Assembly (NCBI GenBank): GCA_965242725.1
Contig: CBDESZ010000021.1
Coordinates: forward strand, 62,783-126,782
Origin: Alkalispirochaeta sp.
GTDB lineage: Bacteria; Spirochaetota; Spirochaetia; DSM-27196; Alkalispirochaetaceae
DNA: 64,000 nucleotides
Direction of reading: 5' to 3'
Shown here piece by piece: positions 28,827 to 40,194 of the stretch. The notes below the pieces were generated by a model, which saw only the letters and a list, made by a program, of their open reading frames with translations, searched no databases and was not told the DNA's origin. Position numbers and translations under genes: made by a program. Positions within the stretch are counted from its first letter, which is position 1. Each line of letters opens with the position of its first letter.

Positions 28827-29863
28827 AGCGGTTTGTTCCGTTCCGCAGCGTACGTCCTGCAATTTCATTTCTTGTCGACCGACGCGCCCTGGCGGCTACA
28901 ACTGTTCTTGCGGCGGTGGCGATCGTCGTCGCCGTCGTGAGCCTCTCCTCGGGTGATTATCGAATCGGGGTGTTGGGGGTGATTAAGAGCCTCGTCGGTC
29001 TCGGGGAAGCGAGGGAAACCCTCATCGTCACACAGTTCAGGCTGCCCCGGATTCTCGTCGCCTTCCTCGTGGGAACAGCCCTTGCCGTCTCCGGAGCACT
29101 ATTGCAGGGGATTGCCAGGAACCCCCTCGCAAGCCCCGACATTATCGGAATTACCGGCGGTGCCGCCGTTGCGGCGGTTGGAATGCTCGTCTTCTTTCCC
29201 GACCTGGAAGGGGCCTTTCTTGCACCGGCGGCGTTCGTCGGTGCGGCGGCGGTGGCGACACTGATGTACCTCCTGGCCTATAAAAACGGCTTTTCCCCCA
29301 TCCGTCTGGTCCTCGTCGGAATCGGATTCGGTGCGGCGGCGCGAAGCATAACTACCCTTCTGATCGTCATCAGCCCGATGTATCAGGCGAGCAAGGCGCT
29401 CCTCTGGCTCACTGGTAGCGTATATGGCACCTCCTGGAAGGATGTCGCGGCGATCGGACCGTGGATTGCGCTCCTTCTTCCCGCGTCATTCCTGATCAGC
29501 CCGCGGATCAATGCACTTCAATTGGGTCGGGAAGTTGATATTTCAATCGGTGGACGGATGGATCGCGACGTACTGCTGGTTACGGCGATCAGCGTCGCCC
29601 TTGCCGGCAGCGCCGTTGCCGTGGCAGGAGGAGTCGCATTTGTGGGCCTGATGGCGCCTCATATGGCGCGGCTTCTCGTCGGCCCCGTATTTGAGCGCCT
29701 TCTTCCCGCGGCGGCAATTCTTGGAGGAACACTCGTAATGGGAGCCGATCTTATCGGCAGAACCGCAATCGGAACGCTCGATCTGCCGGCGGGTATCTTC
29801 ACCGCGGCGATAGGGGCGCCCTTTTTTATCTTCTTGCTTTACAGAAGCAGGCAAACTCTTTGA
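28823..29863 (+). CDS. Iron-siderophore ABC permease (FecCD family)
   Basis: [41 protein letters not shown] overlap with the previous gene. Confidence 0.92.
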   Translation: MKRFVPFRSVRPAISFLVDRRALAATTVLAAVAIVVAVVSLSSGDYRIGVLGVIKSLVGLGEARETLIVTQFRLPRILVAFLVGTALAVSGALLQGIARNPLASPDIIGITGGAAVAAVGMLVFFPDLEGAFLAPAAFVGAAAVATLMYLLAYKNGFSPIRLVLVGIGFGAAARSITTLLIVISPMYQASKALLWLTGSVYGTSWKDVAAIGPWIALLLPASFLISPRINALQLGREVDISIGGRMDRDVLLVTAISVALAGSAVAVAGGVAFVGLMAPHMARLLVGPVFERLLPAAAILGGTLVMGADLIGRTAIGTLDLPAGIFTAAIGAPFFIFLLYRSRQTL

Positions 29864-29879
29864 CCGCAGGAAGGGTACT

Positions 29880-30698
29880 ATGGAAAGCGTAACGACAAAA
29901 AATCTGACCCTCGGATACGACGACAGGATCGTCATCGAGGAACTCGATCTATCAATCGAAGAGGGAAGCATCACCGCCCTCGTCGGGGCCAACGGCTCGG
30001 GCAAGTCTACTCTCCTGCGAGCGATCTCGCGTCTTCTTCCGGCAAAATCGGGATCGGTTCTCCTCGACGGCCGGGACATTACGAAACACTCCACCAGGGA
30101 CGTGGCAAAGAGGCTCGCCATTCTGCCTCAGGGTGCCGTCGCTCCCGAAGGATTGACCGTCGTCGATCTGGTCAAACAGGGACGATACCCCCACCAGCGC
30201 TTCCTGCAGCAGTGGAGCAAAGATGACGAAAGACGGGTCTACGAGGCCCTTGAAATGACGGGCGTTGCCGAACTGGCGGAGCGGCCCATGGAAACGCTCT
30301 CCGGTGGTCAGCGACAGCGCGCCTGGATCGCAATGACCCTCGCCCAGGACACTCCCATACTCTTTCTTGACGAACCGATCACCTACCTGGATATGAACCA
30401 CCAGATCGAGCTCCTCGATCTTCTCGTCAAACTGAATGAAGAGGAAGGACGGACGATTGTGATGGTGCTCCACGACGTCAATCTCGCCGCACGTTACGCC
30501 CACCGTATCGTCGTCGTCCATGAGCGGTCGGTCTACGCCCAGGGCGCCCCCGAAGAGGTGGTTACACCGGAGATCATTCAGGAGGTGTTCGGCATTCGCG
30601 CCGACGTGAGCCGCTGCCCCGTCTTCGGAACTCCCCTCTGTGTCGCCCACGGCAGGATGGCGCGACGCATGAAGATCGACGTTGCCGGAGAGGGCTGA
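29880..30698 (+). CDS. Iron-siderophore ABC ATPase (FhuC/FecE-like)
   Basis: Walker [41 protein letters not shown]. Confidence 0.94.
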   Translation: MESVTTKNLTLGYDDRIVIEELDLSIEEGSITALVGANGSGKSTLLRAISRLLPAKSGSVLLDGRDITKHSTRDVAKRLAILPQGAVAPEGLTVVDLVKQGRYPHQRFLQQWSKDDERRVYEALEMTGVAELAERPMETLSGGQRQRAWIAMTLAQDTPILFLDEPITYLDMNHQIELLDLLVKLNEEEGRTIVMVLHDVNLAARYAHRIVVVHERSVYAQGAPEEVVTPEIIQEVFGIRADVSRCPVFGTPLCVAHGRMARRMKIDVAGEG

Positions 30699-30714
30699 CC
30701 GTTTCAACGTAGTC

Positions 30715-30832
30715 GGCGAATGAATTGCCTCTTGGAGTATTCATCGCCCGTTGACAAGTACAAAGGAACGGAGCCGGGTGCGGAACCAAAGCCCGATGGA
30801 GCGTGGAAGTGTACCACCTTCACGCCCCACCG
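30715..30832. terminator. Two stem-loops between convergent genes
   Basis: GGCGAATGAAT...ATTCATCGCC and TGGAGCGTGGAAG...CTTCACGCCCCA. Confidence 0.45.
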
Positions 30833-30849
30833 GATGAAGCACTATTTTA

Positions 30850-32223
30850 TCAATCGAATTCAACCTCGAGAGCGGAGAAGGTACCCGCGGAAAATGAGCC
30901 TTCCGCCTCGACAATGACGCCGGGGCTCACCATCGCTACAAACTCACCGATCGTCAGCATCGGTCCGTCGTCGTCGGAGAAAACGGTCACGTTGGATAGG
31001 TCAACCGTGACACCGAGGATCTCAATGGTGGTGTCATCGACGAGGACGGTGACGGGTCCCTTGAGGACATGTTCGTCCGGGTCGAAGGGTTCGGTCATTC
31101 GTTCAATCGAAATTGCCTCCACCGAGCCGTCGCCGAGGACAAAACCCTCTATAGACAACGGATCCCCGCCGGCGATGTCCGATACCCCAGGCAGGTTTTC
31201 AAGTTCCGTCAGGGCCGAGGCATGAATCGTGATACCCAGCGCACTTGCCCCTCCGTCACCGTCGGCGGTAGCGACGATTTCGACGTTATCCTCAAACGAA
31301 ACCTCCCGTACGATCAGCGTTGTACCGCTGTACCCACCCTCCGCCTCGACCATCACGCCGTTGCTCAGGTTATCAATGTCACCACCGTCAAATTCGGTCG
31401 TTGCGATGAGCTGGACCCTGGTGGAACCAACGAAAAAAGACGCACCGGCGCTTGTAAATCCGCTGACGACACCTTCCACCTCGACGTCGTCATCGTGGTA
31501 GTATTCAGCGTCCTCAACTTCTTCAAGCTCTATTGCCGTCGCGTAGAGGGTGCTGTCGAGCTCTGCTTCGACAAGGTCTCCCACTGCTATGCTCGTTCCA
31601 CCTTCAATGACCGTCGAGCCGTCATAGGTGAAGTCGATGGTGCTTGCGCCGACGCGAAACGTTGTCGCGGTGACGTTGGAGATGATACCCCGAATCTCGA
31701 GATCGTCATTGGACCCCTGTTCGTCCACACGGGTTGCGCGCAGGCGCCCGTCGCCCAATTGAAATCCGTATACTTCCACAACGTCATTTATCGCGAGTGT
31801 AGCAAATGATTCGCCGTCGTCGAAGATCGTTTCACCCGATACAACAACGGTAAATCCGAATATATCGAACGTACTCGCTGCGGCATCTATGGAAGTTATC
31901 GGACCGCGCAACTCATTCTCCACCTCAACGACGGTAGCCACACCGGTTACGCCGTCCGCATTGACCGTACCGATAAGGCGGACGGTCATACCGTTCTCCA
32001 GGTACCCTTCAGCCTGGGCGACTTCGTCGGCCGACACGCTGACCTGGGAGTCATCGAAAGTGATACCGCCGACGATAATGCTGCCCCGCGTGATCGGCCC
32101 GGCAACACTGACGGGCGTAACCGTCGATCCGCCCCCTCCGGTACCGGCTTCCGTACACGACATAAGAAACATACCGACGACGATCGCAGTCACCGCCAAT
32201 TTGATTTTCACACCACTTTTCAT
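30850..32223 (-). CDS. DUF5666-repeat lipoprotein
   Basis: Lipobox FLMSC; about 6 degenerate repeats of G.I/V....F.V.G..V....T.F......L..G..VE.EG......A..VE. Confidence 0.8.
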   Translation of the reverse strand: MKSGVKIKLAVTAIVVGMFLMSCTEAGTGGGGSTVTPVSVAGPITRGSIIVGGITFDDSQVSVSADEVAQAEGYLENGMTVRLIGTVNADGVTGVATVVEVENELRGPITSIDAAASTFDIFGFTVVVSGETIFDDGESFATLAINDVVEVYGFQLGDGRLRATRVDEQGSNDDLEIRGIISNVTATTFRVGASTIDFTYDGSTVIEGGTSIAVGDLVEAELDSTLYATAIELEEVEDAEYYHDDDVEVEGVVSGFTSAGASFFVGSTRVQLIATTEFDGGDIDNLSNGVMVEAEGGYSGTTLIVREVSFEDNVEIVATADGDGGASALGITIHASALTELENLPGVSDIAGGDPLSIEGFVLGDGSVEAISIERMTEPFDPDEHVLKGPVTVLVDDTTIEILGVTVDLSNVTVFSDDDGPMLTIGEFVAMVSPGVIVEAEGSFSAGTFSALEVEFD

Positions 32224-32285
32224 CTTGAACCTCCTGATTCACATTTTCCGGGTGTAATCTATGCCCCGGAACGGCGGTAATCAGT

Positions 32286-32310
32286 GTGAAAATGTGAAGG
32301 TTTCGTGAAG
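32286..32310. promoter_or_regulatory. Direct repeats, candidate OmpR-family binding site
   Basis: GTGAAG at 32294 and 32305 (11-bp period) plus GTGAAA at 32286, between the divergent DUF5666 and response-regulator genes. Confidence 0.55.
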
Positions 32311-32380
32311 TTACCGGCCCACTGCACGCTGGCAGGAACGGTGGAGTGTGCTATTGTTGACGATTATCGAGGTACGGCAT

Positions 32381-33082
32381 ATGGCACGAATTTACCTGAT
32401 AGAAGACAGCGATGACCTCCGGGAAGCAACGGCGGTCTACCTCAGGCGTGACGGCCACGATGTTATAGAATTCGGAAGGGCAGACGAACTTACTCACTAT
32501 GAAACGGATCGTCCACCTGACCTTTATATCCTCGATATCATGTTGCCCGGGCGGTCGGGATTAAACCTCGCCAATGAGATCCGGTCTATCAGCCAGACCC
32601 CGATTATTTTTATTTCAGCCCGATACGACGAGATGACAAAGACAGCAGCCTTCGGCGCCGGCGCCGACGACTATGTGGTGAAGCCCTATTCCCCGCGGGA
32701 ACTCGCACTCCGTGTACGTGCCGTACTACGACGGTTCGGAGCGGAATCGGCGACGCCCCTCGGCAGACAATCGGTCGTACGATGTCGCACTAATAATCGG
32801 ACGATGACCGTCCGGTTCGACGCGCGTCGGGTTGATATAGACGGAAACACAGTCTCGCTGACGAAAACCGAGTGGAAAATCATTGAGACGCTGTGCCGAA
32901 ACGCCGACGTGGTGGTGACTCGAGAACAGCTGCTTCATCAGGTATTCGGCTACAATACGACCGTCCGGAGCCGCGCCGTCGATACGCACATCAAGAACCT
33001 GAGGCGCAAGCTCGGATCAACAGATTGGTTTGAGACGGTGCACGGACAGGGGTATCGCATCATTGTCGAGAGGGAATCATAG
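32381..33082 (+). CDS. OmpR-family response regulator
   Basis: LIED, ILDIMLPG, GADDYVVKPY, LTKTE, RAVDTHIKNLRRKL, TVHGQGY. Confidence 0.94.
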   Translation: MARIYLIEDSDDLREATAVYLRRDGHDVIEFGRADELTHYETDRPPDLYILDIMLPGRSGLNLANEIRSISQTPIIFISARYDEMTKTAAFGAGADDYVVKPYSPRELALRVRAVLRRFGAESATPLGRQSVVRCRTNNRTMTVRFDARRVDIDGNTVSLTKTEWKIIETLCRNADVVVTREQLLHQVFGYNTTVRSRAVDTHIKNLRRKLGSTDWFETVHGQGYRIIVERES

Positions 33083-33084
33083 CG

Positions 33085-34491
33085 ATGGCGGTCCGATTTC
33101 GTACCCAACAGGTGCACACCGCCGTCACAATCGTACTGGTATTCGTAATCGTTACGATGGGTATGCTCTCAATCGGCCTGCGGAGCAGTCTTGAGCGTTG
33201 GCGAGGGGAGCACGGAGTTGACTTTGATGCCTTTCTCACGGATCGATTACAGGGGCTTCTCGAAACCGGCGGCGACGTTGATCCGGCGATGATCGCCGAC
33301 TATCTGACCCCGTATCTCGATCCGACGCTCTATGCGATCGTCTTTGATGATGACGACCGACTCATCTTCTGGACGTGGAAGGGCGACAGCTGGTACTGGC
33401 GGAGCGAGACGACATCACGACCCGGACCGGATGCAGCGGAACGTCTGCTCACAAAAAAAGTCAGGGACGATCTCAAAATCGATCCCGAAGGAATGAGCCT
33501 TGCCGACCAGTTCCGTTTTCGCGGGGTACTACACGATGTATCGTCCGAAGGAAGAAGACTCGGATCATTTGTCGCAGGAAGCAACGGTTTCACCGTGAAT
33601 CGTACCAATCGCCGGTTGCTTGAGACACTCGCAAAAAGCACCTTCTTCGGCCTCGGAATCGCGATAATCCTCGTTCTCCTTCTATCCACCTTGTGGGGGC
33701 GGCGGGTAGACGCGGCGATCCGTGCAATAACCACGGCGATGCGTCGGATAGCCGACGGGAGTCGCAGCGAGTCATTCCCGGAATCAAATATTGTGGAACT
33801 AGGTGAAATCGCCGCAAGTGCCGAATCCCTTCAGCGGGAGTTGGCGCGGGCGGAACAGCTGCGACGGCAGTGGACGATGGACATCGCCCACGATCTGCGC
33901 ACTCCCGTTGCCAACCTGCAGGCGCAAATCGAGGCGATTAGCGACGGGCTGCTCGAGCCGACGCCGGAACGTCTCGCGGGATTCGCGGTGCACACACGGA
34001 AACTTTCCGTTCTGACCGATGACCTTCTCCTGTTGTGCCGCGTCGAATCGCCGGATTATCGGCCGGAAATCTCTAAAATTCCACTGTATCGAATTGCAGA
34101 ACAAATCGAGACCGGCTTTGGCGCCCGTACCGCAAAAGCAGGTCGAACTCTTGAGATCCATGCGACCGATGATCACGTCATCGCCGACGAGAAACTCCTG
34201 GAGCGGGCAACGGCCAACCTGGTAGAGAACGCGCTGCGTCACGGTACCGGTACAATTCGTTGCCGATTTACCGCAGGTCGGATAGAAGTGATCAACGGTG
34301 GAGCAATCTCGCCGGAAACGCTCGAACGCATGTTCGACCGGATGTACCGGGAATCACCTGATCGCGGAGGCGACGGCCACGGCCTCGGACTTTCGATTGC
34401 AAAAGCAATTGTAGATTTACATGGCCATAGATTGACGGTAAATAACATTGATGCCGAGGTAGTGGCGTCAATCACCTGGTGTCATGAATAA
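33085..34491 (+). CDS. HAMP sensor histidine kinase (BaeS-like)
   Basis: Two TM helices; DIAHDLRTP; NLVENALRH; FDRMYR; GHGLGLSIAK. Confidence 0.92.
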   Translation: MAVRFRTQQVHTAVTIVLVFVIVTMGMLSIGLRSSLERWRGEHGVDFDAFLTDRLQGLLETGGDVDPAMIADYLTPYLDPTLYAIVFDDDDRLIFWTWKGDSWYWRSETTSRPGPDAAERLLTKKVRDDLKIDPEGMSLADQFRFRGVLHDVSSEGRRLGSFVAGSNGFTVNRTNRRLLETLAKSTFFGLGIAIILVLLLSTLWGRRVDAAIRAITTAMRRIADGSRSESFPESNIVELGEIAASAESLQRELARAEQLRRQWTMDIAHDLRTPVANLQAQIEAISDGLLEPTPERLAGFAVHTRKLSVLTDDLLLLCRVESPDYRPEISKIPLYRIAEQIETGFGARTAKAGRTLEIHATDDHVIADEKLLERATANLVENALRHGTGTIRCRFTAGRIEVINGGAISPETLERMFDRMYRESPDRGGDGHGLGLSIAKAIVDLHGHRLTVNNIDAEVVASITWCHE

Positions 34492-34819
34492 TTGAAGAAG
34501 CTGCGGCACGCACGAGGTTACCGACCCTTGTTATATCCGGCTCGTCCTTAATCGATACATACACCGCAGTCACCGCTGCCTGACAGCGAACAGATGGAAT
34601 CGGCAGTGATACTTCGCCGCCGAAAAGATCCGAAAAAGTCCTTACACCTAATCTACAACAGCATGTCACCGGGCCGGTCTCTACTCCAACGAGAACAGCC
34701 TATTCTCGACGACGGACCTATCACTTCGGCTGAGGCATACTCATTTCCCTCCTACCCCGAGGATCTGGAGGTAATCCGGTCTTGAGACGCGGTGGCGTAT
34801 TTTACACTGCTCTTTAGCG

Positions 34820-35434
34820 TCACGCCTCCGCCACCATCAGAAACAGCGGAAAGTCCCGCTCTCCCTTCTCAGTATCTTTGGTAATCGTATAGGGCGTGTG
34901 AAAAGCGACCGACCGAAATCCTGCGTCAACGGCTGCCCGGCCGAGGGTTTCCCGCTCAAAGCCGAGATGAGGCACCTCTACATCTGATCCGTGAAACAAA
35001 CCGTCTTCCCGATCGAGATCAACCAGGCAGAGTGTCCCTTCGGGTCCAAGGCTCTTCCGGATCGCTACAAGAGCACTGTGGTAATCGACGATATGATGAA
35101 ACGCCATCAAAGAAACGGCAAGATCAAAGGGACCGCCGTCGACCACAGGGCCACTGGATATGTCATGTTCCAATGCCTGAACACCGGACAGTCCCGTAGC
35201 AGTGACCTTCTTCCTGAGCTCGGCGAGCATTCCCGCCGACGTGTCGATACAGACGATAGTGTCCGACAGGTCATAAAAGGAGAGTCCGAATACGCCGGTT
35301 CCCGCACCGATATCGAGCAATCTAATCCCCGGAGAAAGCTTGAGATGGTTCCGGATAAATTCCGCCACCTGTCGCGCCCGCTCAGTGCGCATCGGCGAAT
35401 CCCATTCTGCGGCATGGGCATCGAAGTCGCTCAT
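34820..35434 (-). CDS. Class I SAM-dependent methyltransferase
   Basis: LLDIGAGTG, IDTSAGML, FDL..SLMAFHH, DLDREDGLFH. Confidence 0.88.
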   Translation of the reverse strand: MSDFDAHAAEWDSPMRTERARQVAEFIRNHLKLSPGIRLLDIGAGTGVFGLSFYDLSDTIVCIDTSAGMLAELRKKVTATGLSGVQALEHDISSGPVVDGGPFDLAVSLMAFHHIVDYHSALVAIRKSLGPEGTLCLVDLDREDGLFHGSDVEVPHLGFERETLGRAAVDAGFRSVAFHTPYTITKDTEKGERDFPLFLMVAEA

Positions 35435-35477
35435 GAGATGAGCATGCCAGTTCAATAGGGAATCGGCAAGTACGAAG

Positions 35478-35846
35478 CTACCGGTCCGAGTGCAACCCCA
35501 CGAGATTACCTTCGGAATCGATGAAATGACCGACGAACCCGAACTCGCCGATCGACGATTTGGGATTGAAGACCTCTCCGCCGTTCTTTTTGACATGCTC
35601 AAGGGCGACGGCAACATCATCCACGTGAAGATAGACCATCGTCCCTTTTTGGGACGGAACGTAGTGGTCTGCCTTCACCAGACTTCCCGTCGCCCCGGAG
35701 CCATCCGGCTCAGCGGGAAACCATGCCATCCTGAGCGCACCCATTTCCTGCTTCCGGAAGGTGAAACCCAGGGCGTTCTCATAAAAAGTAATTGCCCGCT
35801 CAAGGTTTTCAGTCGGGATTTCAAACCAGTTGACCGGATTACCCAT
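35478..35846 (-). CDS. VOC/glyoxalase-family protein
   Basis: NPVNWFEIP..LERAITFY...F.DSEGNLVGLH; GGAGG RBS. Confidence 0.9.
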   Translation of the reverse strand: MGNPVNWFEIPTENLERAITFYENALGFTFRKQEMGALRMAWFPAEPDGSGATGSLVKADHYVPSQKGTMVYLHVDDVAVALEHVKKNGGEVFNPKSSIGEFGFVGHFIDSEGNLVGLHSDR

Positions 35847-35968
35847 CTCGATCCTCCTTGTGTCCGTTCAGTTGTAATGAATGTACCTACATGGAATAAG
35901 AAAGACGAGAAAATACCGATTCCCGAGATTTCTGGCGAGGGCGGTACGGGCATGGTATCATCGGATGT

Positions 35969-37510
35969 ATGTCCACATATGACGTCATCGTAGTGGGTGC
36001 CGGGCTGGCAGGCGAGGTCTCCGCCGGGTACCTTGCCCGGGCGGGGAAAGGGGTTCTCCTTCTGGAGCAGAACCATCAGACCGGCGGCAACATGTCAGGA
36101 TTTCAGCGCAAAGGATTCACCTTTGATGCGGGGGATCAGTCTTTTGAGAGTCTCGGCATCGTCTTTCCCATCCTCCGTGACCTCGCCGGATTCTCTGAAG
36201 ATGACTTTGTCAAAGCGCGCTATCGGATGGTTTCAAAAGACTTTGATTTTTTCATCGACAGCCCGGAACAGGTGGAGCGGGAGCTTCGGGCCGCCTTTCC
36301 CGACGAAAAGGGAATTGCACCCCTCTTTGCGGAAATACGGGAGGTTCAGAGCTTTCTGCGGAACAACTACGGCCCCTGGGACTTTCCGCTTCTGAATAGA
36401 CCGGGGTTTCGCCCGGCCGCCCGCATCCTTCCGTGGCTTCCGAAACTGAAAAAGTGGTCCACCTTCCGGTACCGTCAACGGGCCCTGCAAAAGGTGGGGC
36501 ATCCGGGATTGCGTAACTGGCTTACCAATGTCGGATATTACCGCATGCCCTTCCTCTTTTTTGCCGGGTTCTGGCATTTGTGGTCTGAAGATTACTGGTA
36601 CCCCCGCGGGGGAATGCAGCATCTTCACGATCGACTCGCCGAAGCATTTCGGTCATCCGGCGGCGAGTTGCGACTCAACAGCGTGGTTCGCTCCATCGAC
36701 GTGGAAGGGGGACGGGCAACCGGCGTAACGCTGGCGTCGGGAGAGCGGATCAGGGGCGATTCGGTTGTCTATGCCGGAGACTACAAGGCATTGGTCAACG
36801 ACATCCTCGGACCGGAATACCTTCCCCGCCGCACGGTCCGGAAGGTCAACGACTCGCGTCTCACGGAAGGTCTCGTATCGGTATATCTTGGTCTGGATTT
36901 GAGCGACGACGAACTGGCGACGACGCTGGGGCACGCACACCACCCGTTCTATTTTCCCAACTACGACGTCATTTTTCCGGATCGGAGGTCACCCCGGGAC
37001 GTTCATCGTCACATGTGGGTGGCGCTGAACCACTTCGGTACAGCGAGTCCCTCAGCGCCTCCGGGAAAATCGACCATGACGTTACAGACCTTCAGCTCCT
37101 ACGAGTGGGAGAACTACTGGCGCAACGGAGGCGACCGTTTCCCGCGGACCTCGGCGTACCGCGAATTGAAGGAAACGGTCGCCATGGAGCTTGTTGAGCT
37201 TGCAGAGAACCTGGTGCCCGGACTGAGAAACCACATTGAATACATGGACGTGGGCACGCCGTTGTCTCTCAAGCGATTTACTTCCAACACCGACGGTTCC
37301 AGCGGCGGATGGTGCTACGATGACCGGCAATCCCTGGTCTGGCGGCCGATGCGGGGACTCAACCGCATCACGACACCTATTCCGAATCTCTATGCGGCGG
37401 GCCATTACGCTCTCTGGCCGGGCGGTGTCATATCCGCCGCGCTGTGCGGGCGAATCGTTTCCAATCTGGTCCTGAAACGCAACCCGCTCCATCCACTGGC
37501 GGCGCCATAA
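35969..37510 (+). CDS. Phytoene desaturase-like FAD-dependent oxidoreductase
   Basis: YDVIVVGAGLAG, GG..F.RKGFTFDAG, YPRGG, APPGKS, TPIPNLYAAG..PGGV. Confidence 0.85.
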   Translation: MSTYDVIVVGAGLAGEVSAGYLARAGKGVLLLEQNHQTGGNMSGFQRKGFTFDAGDQSFESLGIVFPILRDLAGFSEDDFVKARYRMVSKDFDFFIDSPEQVERELRAAFPDEKGIAPLFAEIREVQSFLRNNYGPWDFPLLNRPGFRPAARILPWLPKLKKWSTFRYRQRALQKVGHPGLRNWLTNVGYYRMPFLFFAGFWHLWSEDYWYPRGGMQHLHDRLAEAFRSSGGELRLNSVVRSIDVEGGRATGVTLASGERIRGDSVVYAGDYKALVNDILGPEYLPRRTVRKVNDSRLTEGLVSVYLGLDLSDDELATTLGHAHHPFYFPNYDVIFPDRRSPRDVHRHMWVALNHFGTASPSAPPGKSTMTLQTFSSYEWENYWRNGGDRFPRTSAYRELKETVAMELVELAENLVPGLRNHIEYMDVGTPLSLKRFTSNTDGSSGGWCYDDRQSLVWRPMRGLNRITTPIPNLYAAGHYALWPGGVISAALCGRIVSNLVLKRNPLHPLAAP

Positions 37511-37515
37511 CGTAC

Positions 37516-37872
37516 CTAACGGGGAAGATTTGACAGCGGGCCGGCGTTCAGAACGTCGGTAAACCCCGCCGATCGAAGGTGAGAAACCGCCACCCGCGAC
37601 CGCGAACCGGTGGCGCAATAGACAATGATGTTTGAATCTCTTGAGCCGAGTTTTTTCATGCGTTTTGAGATTTTGTCGAGGGGAATATTGATCGCGCCGG
37701 GAAAGTGTCCCGCGCCAAACTCGCTCGGGGTACGGACGTCCACGATCCTGGGATTGGCCGCAAGTTTCTCCCCAATGAGTTTTCTCTTTCGTTTTCCGTC
37801 TATCCTCCGCTTCAAGACAATGGCGGCAAATGCGACGATGCCGATTACGATACCTATCTGCTGCTGATCCAT
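37516..37872 (-). CDS. Membrane-anchored rhodanese-like protein
   Basis: N-terminal TM; IVDVRTPSEFGAGHFPGAINIP; YCATGSRS. Confidence 0.9.
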   Translation of the reverse strand: MDQQQIGIVIGIVAFAAIVLKRRIDGKRKRKLIGEKLAANPRIVDVRTPSEFGAGHFPGAINIPLDKISKRMKKLGSRDSNIIVYCATGSRSRVAVSHLRSAGFTDVLNAGPLSNLPR

Positions 37873-38081
37873 ACCGGTCCTCTCCAAGAGTCGTCTCACG
37901 CACTCTATTCAATGATTTGTATATTTTGTGGGCGCAATATAACCGGCGTCACCTCTTCAATCAAGGCCGCACGCATATCAGACAATATTTCTGTATTGCA
38001 ACACAGAAAAATATTGCGTCCGGGTAAAACATATCTTACACTCTGCACTATATATTTTCGTATTGAAAAAAGAGGCCTTCC

Positions 38082-40177
38082 GTGACAACAACCAATCAAC
38101 AGGCAGTGATCGATATCGTCGCTGATAAATGTGTGAATTGCCATCGCTGTATCGAGGCGTGTCCCGTCAAGATGTGCAACAACGGTTCCGGCGACCACGT
38201 TACGGTCAATCACGATCTGTGCATCGGCTGCGGGCAGTGTATCGATGCATGTGTTCATGACGCCCGGCGGCCTCTGGACGATTCGGCGGCCTTTTTTTCC
38301 GATCTCCGTAAGGGGACTCCGATCGTCGCAATCGTTGCGCCCGCGGCAGCGGCAAACTTTCCCGACCAATACCTCCAGCTCAATGGATGGCTGAAATCGC
38401 TTGGGGTGGCGGCTAATTTTGACGTCAGCTTCGGCGCGGAACTAACGGTGCGCTCGTATCTGCACCACATCAAGAAAAACTCGCCGGAGATGGTCATAGC
38501 CCAACCATGTCCGACGCTCGTTTCGTTTATAGAGATATACCGTCCCGAACTCATTCCCGCCCTGGCCCCGGCGGACAGTCCGATGGCGCATACGATGAAA
38601 ATGGTCCGGCACTACTATCCTCAATATAAGAAACACCGTTTTGCCGTCATTTCTCCGTGCCTCTCAAAAAGAAGAGAATTCAACGATATCGGCATCGGCG
38701 AATACAACGTCACCATGTCGGCGATTTCAAATATCTGTCGGACAATAACATCGACCTCTCCCGGTTTCCAAAGACGGAGTTCGACAATCCGCCGGCGGAA
38801 CGGGCGGTGCTCTTTTCCTCCCCGGGCGGGCTTCTTCGCACGGTGGAGCGCTACAATCCGAATGCTTCCCGTGTGACCCGCAAGATTGAAGGGCAGCCGG
38901 AAATCATTCATTATCTGTTCCACCTGCCTGAAGCGAGAAAGACGCCCAATACAACCACTCCGCTCCTGATTGACTGTCTGAACTGCGAGATGGGATGCAA
39001 CGGAGGTCCCGGCACCGACAACCGGAATAAACACCCCGACGTGGTCGAGAGCAGCGTGGAACGACGGGCAGAAGAAATGCGCCGAAAATACGCCCCGAAA
39101 GGGGAACCCGCCACCAGAGGCGGAAAGAAACGGCGTCTCAGGAAGATCGACAAGATCCTCGACGCGTACTGGTCTCCCCAACTGTATCATCGGAGCTATC
39201 GTGATCGTTCGGCGGTAAAGCGGCACGCCTACCGGGAACCGACCCAGGCCGAGTTTGAAGCGGTCTATCGGCAGACCCACAAGTACGCTCCGGAAGACTT
39301 TCTGAACTGCGGCTCCTGCGGATACAACAGCTGCGAGCAAATGGCGTTTGCAATCGTAAACGGTCTCAACCGCCCCGAGAATTGCCGGCAATACATGGAG
39401 TCCGACCTCAGGCAGTACGCCACCCATGCCGACGATCTCTCCCGGCAACTTCGCTCGATTGCCGAAGAGAGCGCACAGCATCTCAGACACAACCTGAGTG
39501 ATACGAGTGAACTCTTTGAACGGGCACAGCAGATGTCGGCGGCAGTTGAGCAATCTTCATCCGCGGTTGAAGAGATGGTCAGCCAGATACAATCGGTCAC
39601 AAAGATCCTCTATACGAACTCCGAATCCGTTGCGCAGCTGCAAACTGCGTCTGAAGAAGGCCGTTCCATGCTGGAAGAGGTCACCGAATCGATTCGCAGT
39701 ATCATGGCCAATTCCGAAGCGATGGTCGAGGCAAGCCGGGTCATTCAGAACATTGCGGAACAGACGAACCTGTTGTCCATGAACGCATCCATAGAGGCCG
39801 CCCACGCAGGAGATGCCGGGCGGGGCTTCAGTGTGGTAGCGGAAGAGGTACGCAAGCTCGCGGAGGGTTCCGCCGAACAGGCGCGGTCGATCGCGGCGGT
39901 CCTTGCCGGCATCAAAAAAGCGATCGAAGGAGTAGACCTTTCTTCACATGAGACATCCCGAACTTTCCAGAAGGTGGAAGACCTGACGTCCACCGTTCGA
40001 AATCAGGAAGAGACGATCAAAAACGCTGTATACGAGCAGGGTGTCGGCGGAAAGCAGGTAATCGAGGGACTGCACTCGATGCGGGACCTGACAATCGGGG
40101 TCGAGTCGAGTGCCAGATCCATACTTCAGTCCAGTCAGTCCGTTCTCGATCAGGTGACCCGACTCACTCAAATGTGA
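38082..40177 (+). CDS. Cytoplasmic [FeFe]-hydrogenase-like sensor fused to an MCP signalling domain (group C2-like), split by one frameshift near 38725-38731
   Basis: 2x[4Fe-4S] CVNCHRCIEACP and CIGCGQCIDAC; H-cluster motifs AQPCP, SPCLSKRRE, DCLNCEMGCNGGPG; FeS motif NCGSCGYNSC...[42 protein letters not shown]. Confidence 0.85.
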
Positions 40178-40194
40178 GACGGCCCGGGAGATAC

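Noticed and set aside
34492..34819. Short ORFs (34472..34669-, 34594..34785+) in a 330-bp gap
   Set aside because: No recognisable motif; the best RBS leads to a 7-codon ORF. Possibly decayed DNA, but unsupported.
35969..37510. Carotenoid biosynthesis (crtI)
   Set aside because: Family-level motifs only; no crtB or crtE nearby.
37983..38016. Inverted repeat upstream of the hydrogenase-MCP gene as a Rex/Fnr site
   Set aside because: Imperfect, lies in AT-rich DNA, and matches neither consensus.
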